From the IMG/VR virus record IMGVR_UViG_3300030329_003470, positions 132,582 to 196,581 of that record: a stretch of 64,000 nucleotides of DNA, one strand, 5' to 3'. Below the pieces are notes generated by a model, which ran no database searches, was not told the DNA's origin, and was given only the letters and a program-made list of their open reading frames with translations. The position numbers and the translations under genes were made by a program. Origin of the DNA: a virus. Of the stretch, positions 1 through 8,966 are shown piece after piece. Every line of letters starts with the position of its first letter. Within the stretch, counting starts at the first letter, position 1.

Positions 1-145
1 GTTTGGTTAATCTAAGTGATCTTGCTTGGTAAGATTCTCTCACATTTTGCCACCATGCAAAATATGAAGCCTTTATACTCTCTTCGTGCAAGGGTTGTTC
101 CTTGAGCATCATGAAGGTTCGAGTGTATGCCGTTTTAACGTCCAT
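1..145 (-). CDS. Hypothetical phage protein, runs off window edge (MDVKTAYTRTFMMLKEQ...WWQNVRESYQARSLRLTK)
   Basis: Manual translation of minus strand from ATG at 145, open to position 1; not in ORF track. Confidence 0.6.
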   Translation of the reverse strand, partial: MDVKTAYTRTFMMLKEQPLHEESIKASYFAWWQNVRESYQARSLRLTK

Positions 146-153
146 ACTATTAA

Positions 154-441
154 TTATCTAGTGTATTTGTCGCCGGTCTTTAAAAGGTACACTGCAAACT
201 TGTCTGTTTGGTGTTGAGTGTTTAATTTTTTAGCCAAGTTTTCTGCGTGACCTGGATTAGAAAATGAGACTTTTTTATATTTTGGTCCCGGATAGTTTGC
301 CACCAAACTTGATGATTTCAAGTTGATTGGTTTGCCATCATAAAAAACCGCCCAGATGCCTTCTGCCGCCAGGACTTCGTCCATCTTGTAGGTTGTTTTA
401 TTACTGTGTTGTAGTAACACTGTGGGTTTTGGTCTGCTCAT
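154..441 (-). CDS. Conserved-looking phage hypothetical protein (YKKVSFSNPGHA motif)
   Basis: ORF track; TAAATA motif at 454-459 upstream. Confidence 0.75.
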   Translation of the reverse strand: MSRPKPTVLLQHSNKTTYKMDEVLAAEGIWAVFYDGKPINLKSSSLVANYPGPKYKKVSFSNPGHAENLAKKLNTQHQTDKFAVYLLKTGDKYTR

Positions 442-475
442 AGTTTATAACTATATTTACCAAAAATTGTAATGC

Positions 476-1297
476 TTATGTATTGCTAGTGATTATTTTA
501 ATAATTTTTGCACCAGTTAAATCGTAGTCATGGTTGCCATAGGCGAGCAACGGCGCACTGAATTCGTTAACTTCGTTCCACTTTTCTATGTTGTTTTTTT
601 GAAGCCATTTTGTTTTGTATAAAGAAAACCAATCAATAAATTCTTGAGGGAAACTTTTTGGTTTATTGCTTTTTAACGCAATAAAAAATTGTGCTCTAAA
701 TGTAAAATGTGCTTTACACAATTCCATAACTCTTTCTTCGTTGTTAGGTTCTCCATCACTCCAATAATCAAATGGTTTCTTGCCTAGTTCGGTCCATGGC
801 AAATACATATTATTTTTTACGATTTCATTTTCGTAATAAGGGTTACAATCAAACTGTTCGGTTAACGGTCCTTCTTTAGTACCCCATCCAATTATTACTT
901 TGTTTTTTATATTTTTATTATTTTCTGCATTATGAATGGCATGATGAAACTCATATAAATCTTCTTTGTCTTTTCCGGTTAGTTTATCGTGCCATTCTTC
1001 GTAGATTTTATGAAGTATGTTTAAGTTTTTTTGTTCATTGATATCAACAAAGTTAGTAGGTGTAATTTTATACTTTTCACAGAAGTTATTATAAATTTTT
1101 GACAGATCAGAAACATCTGTAAAACGACTTTCTACAGGATCAACATTAATATTCTTTAAATGTTTAATTTTTTCGAACCACTTTTTAGCAATAATAGAAT
1201 CTGCCAGTGTGTATTCGCAATCTATTTCGTTTTCGTCTTGAGAAAAAATTATATGAAACTTATTTTTTGTCACCAAATTTACCGCCGTCCATTTCAA
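476..1297 (-). CDS. Hypothetical protein (273 aa), accessory-type
   Basis: Long ORF in gene-dense minus-strand run; no motif recognised. Confidence 0.7.
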   Translation of the reverse strand: MKWTAVNLVTKNKFHIIFSQDENEIDCEYTLADSIIAKKWFEKIKHLKNINVDPVESRFTDVSDLSKIYNNFCEKYKITPTNFVDINEQKNLNILHKIYEEWHDKLTGKDKEDLYEFHHAIHNAENNKNIKNKVIIGWGTKEGPLTEQFDCNPYYENEIVKNNMYLPWTELGKKPFDYWSDGEPNNEERVMELCKAHFTFRAQFFIALKSNKPKSFPQEFIDWFSLYKTKWLQKNNIEKWNEVNEFSAPLLAYGNHDYDLTGAKIIKIITSNT

Positions 1298-1517
1298 TAT
1301 TGATTGTTTGTGCCTCTTGGGCAGTTTTTAAAGCATCAATTATTTCGTCTTGTACGTGTACCAATCTAGCAAGTACCTGTGTTAAAGAATCTGCTAATTT
1401 ATCGGCTTCCGCGGCAGGTAAAATTATTTGTTTTTGTCCTTGTTGGCGTAGAGTTCTAATTCTACCTATAAGATCTTCAATTGGACGTGTTTGTATTTTG
1501 GAATTCTTTGACTGCAT
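1260..1517 (-). CDS. Hypothetical coiled-coil protein
   Basis: ORF track, overlaps neighbours. Confidence 0.65.
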   Translation of the reverse strand: MQSKNSKIQTRPIEDLIGRIRTLRQQGQKQIILPAAEADKLADSLTQVLARLVHVQDEIIDALKTAQEAQTINIEMDGGKFGDKK

Positions 1518-1992
1518 TGTTTAATACCTGTTGCATTTCTAGTTTAGTTTTCATTGGACCTTTATATTTGTATCTAGATAGTGTAATCATCTTTGGACAA
1601 TATGCTTTACGCCATCCTTTTTCAAAACAAATTATGTAATACCCTGCACAAAATTGACTTTTTGATTTTGGTGTTTTTGTGTAAACGGGTAATTGTTTTT
1701 GTACATCAAACATTGGGTTGTATGGGTGTTGTGAACAAGGAAAACCATGTACTTCAAAATTATCTGTTTGAATTTCTTCTTCAATTTTTGGTGTTTTTCC
1801 TTCTTCAAATATATTAAATCCAAATTTGGTGAACAGACTCTCCTGTGTGTGAAACACCTGTCCATTTTGGTCTTTTTTACTTAAAAAAATCCAACCGTTA
1901 TTATCTTTCTTTTGTAAGGTACCTAATTTTTCGCCGTTTTGTTCGATAATCCAAAACTTGTCTTTTACAAGTGTTTTTGCTCGTACTGTCAT
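1477..1992 (-). CDS. Hypothetical phage protein
   Basis: ORF track; ATGA overlap with upstream nuclease gene. Confidence 0.75.
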   Translation of the reverse strand: MTVRAKTLVKDKFWIIEQNGEKLGTLQKKDNNGWIFLSKKDQNGQVFHTQESLFTKFGFNIFEEGKTPKIEEEIQTDNFEVHGFPCSQHPYNPMFDVQKQLPVYTKTPKSKSQFCAGYYIICFEKGWRKAYCPKMITLSRYKYKGPMKTKLEMQQVLNNAVKEFQNTNTSN

Positions 1993-2975
1993 GATACTAA
2001 CCTCGCATTAAAAGGCTCAACATACAGTTGTGCCTGCTCACTAATTCTATTTAAATCGTATTTGGCACAGAACCTCATAAATCTGACTCCAACTTGATCT
2101 ATACTTTTGTTCTCTGCTTTTGCCTGTGCAATCGTTTGATCCAACTCCTCTATGATTGCTTCTGGTTGTGCATGAAGATCTACAAGAAGTTTATTACGTT
2201 CATAATCCTCAAGTACTCTGTGTTCTTTTCCATCATGATCTACCCATTTAGACAGCATCATATTATTCCAAGTGTATCCTTTTTCATTACGATCTGCAAA
2301 TGCTTCTTGTAATCCTATTTTGTTTTTAGTACCTTTTGTTCTAACACCAGGATATGCACTAAAAATATTATCACTAGGATCGCCTCTCATACTTTTTTCA
2401 AATATAATCCATTCTATATCCGGTGCACCTTTTGGTGCTTTAGTTTTTTTGTCTATTACAGGGTTACCTTTTGCATCAAACCAACCTTCATGTGTAATAG
2501 TTGTTTCTGTAATACCGTTATATTGTTTAACATTTTCGCTTACAAGTTGATTTAGATCTTTGTCAGTGCTTAAAATTACGTGTTTTTCGTTTGGATGTTT
2601 ATCAATCCAACGTGCAATTAAATCATCTGCTTCTGTTCTAGCATTTCTTAATACTGTTGCATTAGTTCTTTCAATTATAAATTTACAAAAGTCATCATAA
2701 CATTCCCAGAACACATCATTCTCTTCTTTTTCTTGTTGTGTCATTGCATCAACGGCATCTTTACGATTTCTTTTATATTGTGCATAATGATCTTTACGCC
2801 AACTTCTACCTTCTAAACAAAATACAAGATGAGTGCCATCAAAATCTTGCCATGCTTTTTTAATAGAATTCATCATGATATGAATAGCCATACCAATTTT
2901 CTCACTAGTGTCTCCACGTATTACGTGTCTAGCACGAAAAAATGTGTTTGCAGTATCAATTAATATATGGGTCAC
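1989..2975 (-). CDS. rnh: 5'-3' exonuclease / T4 RNase H-like flap endonuclease
   Basis: LIDTANTFFRARH, EGRSWRK, EADDLIA, STDKDLNQL, GDPSDNI motifs; start refined to GTG 2975 (GGGGG SD, follows TAA of upstream small ORF). Confidence 0.9.
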   Translation of the reverse strand: MTHILIDTANTFFRARHVIRGDTSEKIGMAIHIMMNSIKKAWQDFDGTHLVFCLEGRSWRKDHYAQYKRNRKDAVDAMTQQEKEENDVFWECYDDFCKFIIERTNATVLRNARTEADDLIARWIDKHPNEKHVILSTDKDLNQLVSENVKQYNGITETTITHEGWFDAKGNPVIDKKTKAPKGAPDIEWIIFEKSMRGDPSDNIFSAYPGVRTKGTKNKIGLQEAFADRNEKGYTWNNMMLSKWVDHDGKEHRVLEDYERNKLLVDLHAQPEAIIEELDQTIAQAKAENKSIDQVGVRFMRFCAKYDLNRISEQAQLYVEPFNARLVS

Positions 2976-2976
2976 G

Positions 2977-3114
2977 TTACCCCCAGAAGTCTTTATCAAA
3001 AGGTTTTGGCAGTTTAGATTTAATTGGTTTCCATATAGCAATTTCTATTTTGCCTATAAATTTTGGTCTTGGAATAAACCAACCAATTAGAATTCCTAAA
3101 AGAATATAACTCAT
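2977..3114 (-). CDS. Small membrane protein (45 aa, MSYILLGILIGWFIPRP...)
   Basis: Manual translation; fills gap exactly, hydrophobic N-terminus. Confidence 0.6.
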   Translation of the reverse strand: MSYILLGILIGWFIPRPKFIGKIEIAIWKPIKSKLPKPFDKDFWG

Positions 3115-3479
3115 TATGATATCTCCGTTTTGCCATCTGGTGTTCTATTAATTTGAACATATCCAGAACCAGTTACATCTATACCTTGTTCGTTTCCTAT
3201 AGTTCTACATAGAGTTTGAAACCATCTATCAACTATTTCTTCATCAGACTGACCTTGATAACCATGTTGTGTTAACATATTAACAAATTCATCATTCCAA
3301 TCTAATTCAAAAAAACCATTACGAGGATTGTCTGGATTAACATTCATGTTTAAAACTTTAACCCAAGGTTCTTCACTTTTTTTGGTTTTCTTTTTTGCTC
3401 TAGTTTTTGTAGTTTTCTTTACTTTCATTGTTTTATTATACTTGGTTTTCTTTGTTTTGCCAACCATTATGTCCCCCAT
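3114..3479 (-). CDS. Hypothetical phage protein with basic N-terminus (GFFELDWNDEFV motif)
   Basis: ORF track. Confidence 0.7.
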   Translation of the reverse strand: MGDIMVGKTKKTKYNKTMKVKKTTKTRAKKKTKKSEEPWVKVLNMNVNPDNPRNGFFELDWNDEFVNMLTQHGYQGQSDEEIVDRWFQTLCRTIGNEQGIDVTGSGYVQINRTPDGKTEIS

Positions 3480-4354
3480 TTATTACCAAATAAGTCCACG
3501 TGTAATCTTGGCGAATACTTATAACCATGTTGCATTGCCAAGTCAGCAACTTGTTTTGATGTTTTTGCTTGTCCTTCTACTGTTGCACCCACCGCCATTA
3601 GGTAAATGTCTGCTTCAACACCTGCTTTTTTATATTCTTCTCTTGCCATTTCTACTTCTTCAATATCTTGTTCGTCTTGCACAACAAATTTAAAATATAA
3701 ATGACTGTTTGGTATGTTTGAATATTGGTAAGCAACGTCTGGTTTAATTGCTTTTGCCCAATGTTCTCCTGATATTGATAATTTTGGTGATGAAGACCAA
3801 GTTACGTGTACTGGAGTTTTAGTATAATCACCTGCTACTAATCCTTGTAAAAATCTTTGAAAGTCTGCTTTGAATAATTGTGTTAAATTAGTTTCAATAG
3901 TTAAATTTTTTAAATCTGTAAATTCTGGTTGTCTTAATAATTGTTGTGTTTCTCTTTGCCACAACATTGGTTCACCACCTGTTATAATAAAATGTATGTC
4001 TGAACCGTTATCGTTAGTCCATTTATTGTTTGGTGTGTATGTTTTTACTTTTTCTGCAATTTCTTCTATGCTATCCCAAGAAACTAAATGTTTGTATCTG
4101 TTTGCCCAACTGGCACTTGCATCACAACCTATTTCTACTACTGGTAAATCTCTCACGTGTTTGATGCCTGATAAATCTTGTGTGTTATATGGCATCTCTT
4201 CTGGTTTGAGCCATTTACTTTTATCTCTGCCTTGTCCAAACCCGTGACAGTTAAAGTTACAACCAAACACTCTAAAGAATACACTAGGTACACCTACAAA
4301 ACGTCCTTCGCCTTGTACACTGTAAAATATTTCTGAGTATCTTAGTTTTTCCAT
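3467..4354 (-). CDS. queE: 7-carboxy-7-deazaguanine synthase (radical SAM)
   Basis: YSEIFYSVQGEG, FFRVFGCNFNC...GCD, ITGGEP, SSSPKL, SPRLHVDLFGN signature. Confidence 0.92.
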   Translation of the reverse strand: MEKLRYSEIFYSVQGEGRFVGVPSVFFRVFGCNFNCHGFGQGRDKSKWLKPEEMPYNTQDLSGIKHVRDLPVVEIGCDASASWANRYKHLVSWDSIEEIAEKVKTYTPNNKWTNDNGSDIHFIITGGEPMLWQRETQQLLRQPEFTDLKNLTIETNLTQLFKADFQRFLQGLVAGDYTKTPVHVTWSSSPKLSISGEHWAKAIKPDVAYQYSNIPNSHLYFKFVVQDEQDIEEVEMAREEYKKAGVEADIYLMAVGATVEGQAKTSKQVADLAMQHGYKYSPRLHVDLFGNKWGT

Positions 4355-4506
4355 ATTTCTGGTGCTATTGCTTTTGTTGCCTCTACTAGTTCTTTTATTG
4401 TATACTGACTTTTAGGTTCCGTCAACTGAACCCAACGTATTTGGTTATTTTCTATGATTACTTTCCAATTACCGTCTGGAGATATGTTATTTTCTTGCTT
4501 TGTCAT
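4342..4506 (-). CDS. Small hypothetical protein (54 aa, MTKQENNISPDGNW...)
   Basis: Manual translation; overlaps both neighbours. Confidence 0.5.
   Translation of the reverse strand: MTKQENNISPDGNWKVIIENNQIRWVQLTEPKSQYTIKELVEATKAIAPEIWKN
4397..4425 (-). promoter_or_regulatory. sigma70-type promoter upstream of queE
   Basis: TTGACG-N17-TACAAT on minus strand. Confidence 0.7.
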
Positions 4507-4885
4507 TTTTTTTGTCCAGTCTTACTACATTACTTGACTTTAAATGACCCACTGATTCTCTGATTATATCGTTGTGTCTGAATTCCGCCCAATATAACTC
4601 AAATGCAACACCTGACTCTATTCCTTCAAAGGAATGATATAGTCCTGGTTTAACTGCTGTGAAGTCACCGGCTTTAAGTATAGTTTCGTCTACTAGATCG
4701 TAGTCTTTTTGCCATACACGGATTTTCATCTCGCCTTCCATTACGTAGAAACCATTCCATTTCCATTCGTGTTTGTGTTTAGAACACACACCACCTTTTA
4801 CGAAATCTATTCTATGAAACTCACAAGAACTGTTTGCTAGAATAAGTTCTGTCTGTCCCCAAATTTTTCCTGCTTTGTTTCCCAT
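4487..4885 (-). CDS. Cupin-fold protein (sugar isomerase-like)
   Basis: CSKHKHEWK...GEM and GLYHSF cupin metal motifs. Confidence 0.8.
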   Translation of the reverse strand: MGNKAGKIWGQTELILANSSCEFHRIDFVKGGVCSKHKHEWKWNGFYVMEGEMKIRVWQKDYDLVDETILKAGDFTAVKPGLYHSFEGIESGVAFELYWAEFRHNDIIRESVGHLKSSNVVRLDKKNDKARK

Positions 4886-4897
4886 AATGTATTTTTA

Positions 4898-4926
4898 ATT
4901 ATACTTTTATTTAGATGATTTGTCAA
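4898..4926 (-). promoter_or_regulatory. Consensus sigma70 promoter upstream of cupin
   Basis: Perfect TTGACA-N17-TATAAT. Confidence 0.85.
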
Positions 4927-4949
4927 TGGGGGAGAAAAAATCTCCCCCA
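4927..4949 (-). terminator. GC-rich hairpin after yhhQ (terminator or stabilising stem)
   Basis: Perfect 9-bp inverted repeat TGGGGGAGA-N5-TCTCCCCCA just after stop; no clear U tract. Confidence 0.55.
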
Positions 4950-4955
4950 AATGCT

Positions 4956-5606
4956 CTATTTGATATTTTTGTATTTTGCTTGTAGTCTATTGAGTAAAAT
5001 ACCATATGCTGGTAAGAACACAATTAATCCAACTACAATTTTAGTCAGTGTATTATTCTGTGCAACAACGTGCCAGTTTGCACCAATCCATGATAGGTTG
5101 CCTTCAGCATCTAATGATCCTGCAAATGCAACGTAAAAGAATGAATAGGTATCAATTATGTTTGCCGCAATAGTTGAGATTGCCGGTGCCGCCCACCATG
5201 CCTTTGACTTCTCTCTGATTGCTTGGAAAACGTACACGTCAAGCATAGTACCAATTGCATAAGCAGTACCACTTGCAAATCCTACTCTGTATGCGTGTGG
5301 GTCACCTAATGCTAACAGTACAAGTACTGATGCTACGATTGCCGGAATGATTGCCATTGCAACAACGGCTCTTCCTGCTTCTTTTCCGACCATTCTAACT
5401 GTTAAGTCAGTTGCTACTACAACAATCGGAAATGTAAACGCCGCCGCCGCTAGTGGGAATGATCCAAATAATGGAAGTTCTGCACCGGGAAATAAATCGA
5501 ATCTGATTGTTACTAGATAATTTGATAAAGCAATTACTGCCGTATGTAAAATAACTAGATTTCTAACAAGTGTTCTATCGACACCTGCCATTATTGATTT
5601 TAACAT
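4956..5606 (-). CDS. yhhQ: Queuosine precursor (preQ0/preQ1) transporter, YhhQ/VUT family
   Basis: Multi-TM; ALSNYLV, FTFPIVVVATDLTVR..G, DVYVFQ, NIIDTYSFF motifs; AAGGAGG SD. Confidence 0.88.
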   Translation of the reverse strand: MLKSIMAGVDRTLVRNLVILHTAVIALSNYLVTIRFDLFPGAELPLFGSFPLAAAAFTFPIVVVATDLTVRMVGKEAGRAVVAMAIIPAIVASVLVLLALGDPHAYRVGFASGTAYAIGTMLDVYVFQAIREKSKAWWAAPAISTIAANIIDTYSFFYVAFAGSLDAEGNLSWIGANWHVVAQNNTLTKIVVGLIVFLPAYGILLNRLQAKYKNIK

Positions 5607-5640
5607 TAAGTCCTCCTTCGAAGTTTTATTAATGTTGCTT

Positions 5641-5670
5641 ATTTTAACAGTCTTTTAATGATTGTGTCAA
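5641..5670 (-). promoter_or_regulatory. sigma70-type promoter upstream of yhhQ
   Basis: TTGACA-N18-TAAAAT with TGn extension. Confidence 0.65.
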
Positions 5671-5683
5671 TACAAGTTTTACG

Positions 5684-6145
5684 TTACTTGTCCCATTCTT
5701 CCCATGGAAAAACAATCCAGTGTGGTCGTTCTTGCTTGTTTATTTCATAACCATGGTAATCTACTTTGACTTTGCTTGGTTTATTGTGGATAAGTGCCGC
5801 AAATTTTATTCTATCTTCTTCCTTACCAAAATTATCAATAATATATTGGAATGTATCTCCAGAATCGTTTATGTCATCGATGATTAATATTTTCTTTTGG
5901 AACGCAAATGCCTTTTCTAACACAGATAAATTTGGTTTTGCTGTGTGATCTCTCAATCTTATATCAAGTACTTCGTGTGGTGTTTTAATTCTGTGAGAAA
6001 GATATACACCAGGAATACAACCACCTCTATTAATACCAAGTACAATAGTTGGCATCCAATTAGAATGGACCATTTGGTCTTCTATTTGAATTAATGCGTT
6101 ACGCATCTGTCCTGTTGTAAAATAACTTTTTTTAATATCGTCCAT
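5684..6145 (-). CDS. Type I phosphoribosyltransferase (Gpt/purine PRT-like)
   Basis: GINRGG, ILIIDDINDSGDT PRPP loop, WIVFPWE C-terminus. Confidence 0.88.
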   Translation of the reverse strand: MDDIKKSYFTTGQMRNALIQIEDQMVHSNWMPTIVLGINRGGCIPGVYLSHRIKTPHEVLDIRLRDHTAKPNLSVLEKAFAFQKKILIIDDINDSGDTFQYIIDNFGKEEDRIKFAALIHNKPSKVKVDYHGYEINKQERPHWIVFPWEEWDK

Positions 6146-6150
6146 ATTAA

Positions 6151-6179
6151 ATTATACTAGATTTAAATGAAATAATCAA
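6151..6179 (-). promoter_or_regulatory. sigma70-type promoter, 5 nt from PRT start codon
   Basis: TTGATT-N17-TATAAT-N5-ATG. Confidence 0.7.
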
Positions 6180-7353
6180 CTGGTATTATTTTAGTAAAAT
6201 CGTTTTTTCTTACCTTATCAAATGCTTGTAATCTATAGACACATTGTTTTGCTAGGTTTTCTTTGTAATCAATGTTTGTTTGTATGAAATTTTTTAAAGA
6301 ATTAACAAACTCAGAATTAAATCCATTATAATTTTTTAATTTATCCAACATTTGATTTTTAAAAACTGTTTTTATAGATAATAGTTGAAAACATTCTGGA
6401 TGGCTTAAAAGCACAGGAAAAATTGTTATTTTTTTATTATCAAAGTAATTTACCAAATCTATTATTCCTGTAAAGGTAGAAGCCTGTACTACATGATTTA
6501 CTGATACAAATAAATTATCTGGCTTATCTTCTAAAAGAACATTTAAATTTTTTTCTAAGTCTTGCCATTTATGTCCAAATCTTGCATATTCTAAAACTGA
6601 TCCTATACCTTCAACACTAATTGCAATCCAAATTTCTTTAAATTTTTTTAAAATAGATAGTATATTATGATTTAATTTTGTAAGATTTGTAGTAAAATGC
6701 AAAATACATTTCTTTTTTTGTTCGTCTGGTATTGATTCTAATGTTTCTAAAAGGTAAGGATTCATAAAAGGTTCGCCACCTGTAAATTTAATATAAGCAG
6801 ACTTATATAAAAACTTTTCACACCAATTTTTAAATTGTTCTGTTTCTGCCCATTTGTAATCTAAATTTAGATCTTCATTGTGAAATTTTTGTAATTCTGT
6901 GTTTAGTTTTGCTTCTGCTAATATTTGACTGCTTGATTCAGGACTACACATAATACATTTAAGATTACATAGGTTGCCTAATTTTAAATCAAAACTATTA
7001 ACATTATTAATATCAATATTTTCAATAACATCTAATAATTTTTTATTTTTAATAAAATTTTTATCCCATGAATCTTCTAGTATTTTTCCAATATGTTTGT
7101 TGTAGACTTGTCTTTGTGATTGTTTTCCTGTTGCTTCTGTTTTCCAACAATTAACACAAATAGGATCTTTAACACCTTTTTCTAAGTTATTTCTTAAAGA
7201 TTGTAAAGTATCTGATTTGTACCAATCCTGAGCATTGTAATATTTTTTTGTTGATTTTTCTTGACTAACACAACAAACTCTCAAATATCCAATTGGATTA
7301 ATATCTAAGTGTTGATAGGGTGCAATACAAAATGTATTCTTATTAGGAATCAT
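6163..7353 (-). CDS. Radical SAM protein with N-terminal SPASM/twitch-like Cys cluster (paralog 1)
   Basis: FCIAPY...VCC, CVNC, CNLKCIMC, FTGGEP. Confidence 0.88.
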   Translation of the reverse strand: MIPNKNTFCIAPYQHLDINPIGYLRVCCVSQEKSTKKYYNAQDWYKSDTLQSLRNNLEKGVKDPICVNCWKTEATGKQSQRQVYNKHIGKILEDSWDKNFIKNKKLLDVIENIDINNVNSFDLKLGNLCNLKCIMCSPESSSQILAEAKLNTELQKFHNEDLNLDYKWAETEQFKNWCEKFLYKSAYIKFTGGEPFMNPYLLETLESIPDEQKKKCILHFTTNLTKLNHNILSILKKFKEIWIAISVEGIGSVLEYARFGHKWQDLEKNLNVLLEDKPDNLFVSVNHVVQASTFTGIIDLVNYFDNKKITIFPVLLSHPECFQLLSIKTVFKNQMLDKLKNYNGFNSEFVNSLKNFIQTNIDYKENLAKQCVYRLQAFDKVRKNDFTKIIPVDYFI

Positions 7354-7362
7354 ATTGTATAT

Positions 7363-7641
7363 TTAAAAGTATACAATAAGGTGTCTAAATAATGCTGTCG
7401 CCAGCATAGTTAATAATATAGTGTTTAAAACAATTAATGCTCTGTCGTGCCATTTGAATCCAACGTATAACCAACCTGCTGTTCCTAATGCTGAAAAATA
7501 AACATCATAAATTTTAGGTACTTCTTCAACAGATCTACATAATACAGCAAGACATATTAAAATTACAGATACCCATTTTACGTACCAAGTGCTGTCGTGT
7601 AATGGTGTAACTTTTTTTATACTATTTTGTGTATTGTTCAT
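7363..7641 (-). CDS. Small membrane protein (DUF6552-like)
   Basis: Three hydrophobic segments; WYVKW, GW.YVG..WHDRALIVLN pattern. Confidence 0.65.
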   Translation of the reverse strand: MNNTQNSIKKVTPLHDSTWYVKWVSVILICLAVLCRSVEEVPKIYDVYFSALGTAGWLYVGFKWHDRALIVLNTILLTMLATALFRHLIVYF

Positions 7642-8671
7642 AGACTTTGTTTAGGACGTTGTTTGTTGTTACAAAACTTGCACACTTAGGCATATCTTTT
7701 AATCTTCTAGCACCAATGTATGTACAAGCACTTCTAACTCCGCCTAGTATATCTTCAACTGTATTACTAACAGGTCCTCTATCAGGCAAGTGTACTAGTC
7801 TGCCTTCGTTGCCTCTGTATCCATCTTTTCTTTTGCCATGCACTTCTCTTGCTCTATCTGAACTCATGCCATAAAATTCTCTAAATCCATCTTTTACTTC
7901 TATTTCTGATTCATTGTGTCCTGCTAACATACCACCTATCATAACCATATGTGCACCGCCACCTAATGCTTTTGCTATATCACCTGGTTGTGTGCAACCA
8001 CCATCTGCCATTATGTGTCCATCAACACCATTGGCCGCATCTGCACAATCTAGTATTGCTGAAAATTGTGGAACACCTACACCAGCCATTGTTCTTGTTG
8101 TACAAACTGATCCTGGTCCTATTCCTATTTTAACTACGTCAGCACCGTTAATAATTAACTCTTCTGTCATCTCAGGTGTTACTACGTTACCTGCTACAAT
8201 TACTTTGTCTGGATATTCTTCTCTTACTTTTGCAACAAAACCGACCATGTTTTGATGATATGCATTAGCAACATCTATTGTAATCATTTTAACATCAGGA
8301 AAACTTTTTAATACTTCTTGCATATTACGATAGTCTTCTGCGTCGTCGTCGAATACTCTATTGGTTCCTGTACATACTGAAACACTTTGTAGTCTTACAC
8401 CACTACCAACTGCCGCTCTCCATTGATCTGGAGTAGTAGTTTTTGTTATTACAGTCATCATTTTGTATTCTTGTAATACTTTTGCCATACTAAATGTACC
8501 AACACCATCCATATTACTTGCAAATATAGGAGTAAAGTTCATTGTCTTGCCTGAATTTCTAAATGTAAATTTACGAGTCATGTCTACATCTTTACGAGAT
8601 GTAAGTGTAGAACGTTTTGGTTGTAATAAAACATCTTCAAAGTTTAGTTTTGCATCGTAATTAATTCTCAT
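7622..8671 (-). CDS. guaC: GMP reductase
   Basis: DVLLQPKRSTL.SR, ASNMDGVG, IDVANAY, GIGPGSVCTTR, ADGGC, FYGMSS; start refined to ATG 8671. Confidence 0.95.
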   Translation of the reverse strand: MRINYDAKLNFEDVLLQPKRSTLTSRKDVDMTRKFTFRNSGKTMNFTPIFASNMDGVGTFSMAKVLQEYKMMTVITKTTTPDQWRAAVGSGVRLQSVSVCTGTNRVFDDDAEDYRNMQEVLKSFPDVKMITIDVANAYHQNMVGFVAKVREEYPDKVIVAGNVVTPEMTEELIINGADVVKIGIGPGSVCTTRTMAGVGVPQFSAILDCADAANGVDGHIMADGGCTQPGDIAKALGGGAHMVMIGGMLAGHNESEIEVKDGFREFYGMSSDRAREVHGKRKDGYRGNEGRLVHLPDRGPVSNTVEDILGGVRSACTYIGARRLKDMPKCASFVTTNNVLNKVYEQYTK

Positions 8672-8966
8672 TTTCTTCCTTCTCTCTTGTTTCACACATT
8701 TGTTTTATATTTTGATAATGTTCGTAAGCATCTTGTAATGCTGGATATTTTTTTCTTAATTGTGATTCAAACATATCTTCTGTTTGTACATCTAAATCTC
8801 CTAAGTCACCATAAGAATAAGTTACACCACCCATATCTGGATCTAAACTGTCCACAGTACCAGCCATTTGTATTCCATCACTGCTAGGAATCCAATTATC
8901 AGGAGAAGGTTCGTATGTTACGTTAACACCGTCTGATGTAAGTTTTTCTTTTTTCTTTTTACTCAT
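8661..8966 (-). CDS. Hypothetical protein
   Basis: ORF track; overlaps folE stop and guaC start. Confidence 0.65.
   Translation of the reverse strand: MSKKKKEKLTSDGVNVTYEPSPDNWIPSSDGIQMAGTVDSLDPDMGGVTYSYGDLGDLDVQTEDMFESQLRKKYPALQDAYEHYQNIKQMCETREKEENEN

Noticed and set aside
5607-5683. preQ1 riboswitch upstream of yhhQ
   Set aside because: Predicted leader is only about 30 nt and shows no preQ1-I stem-loop or A-rich tail pattern
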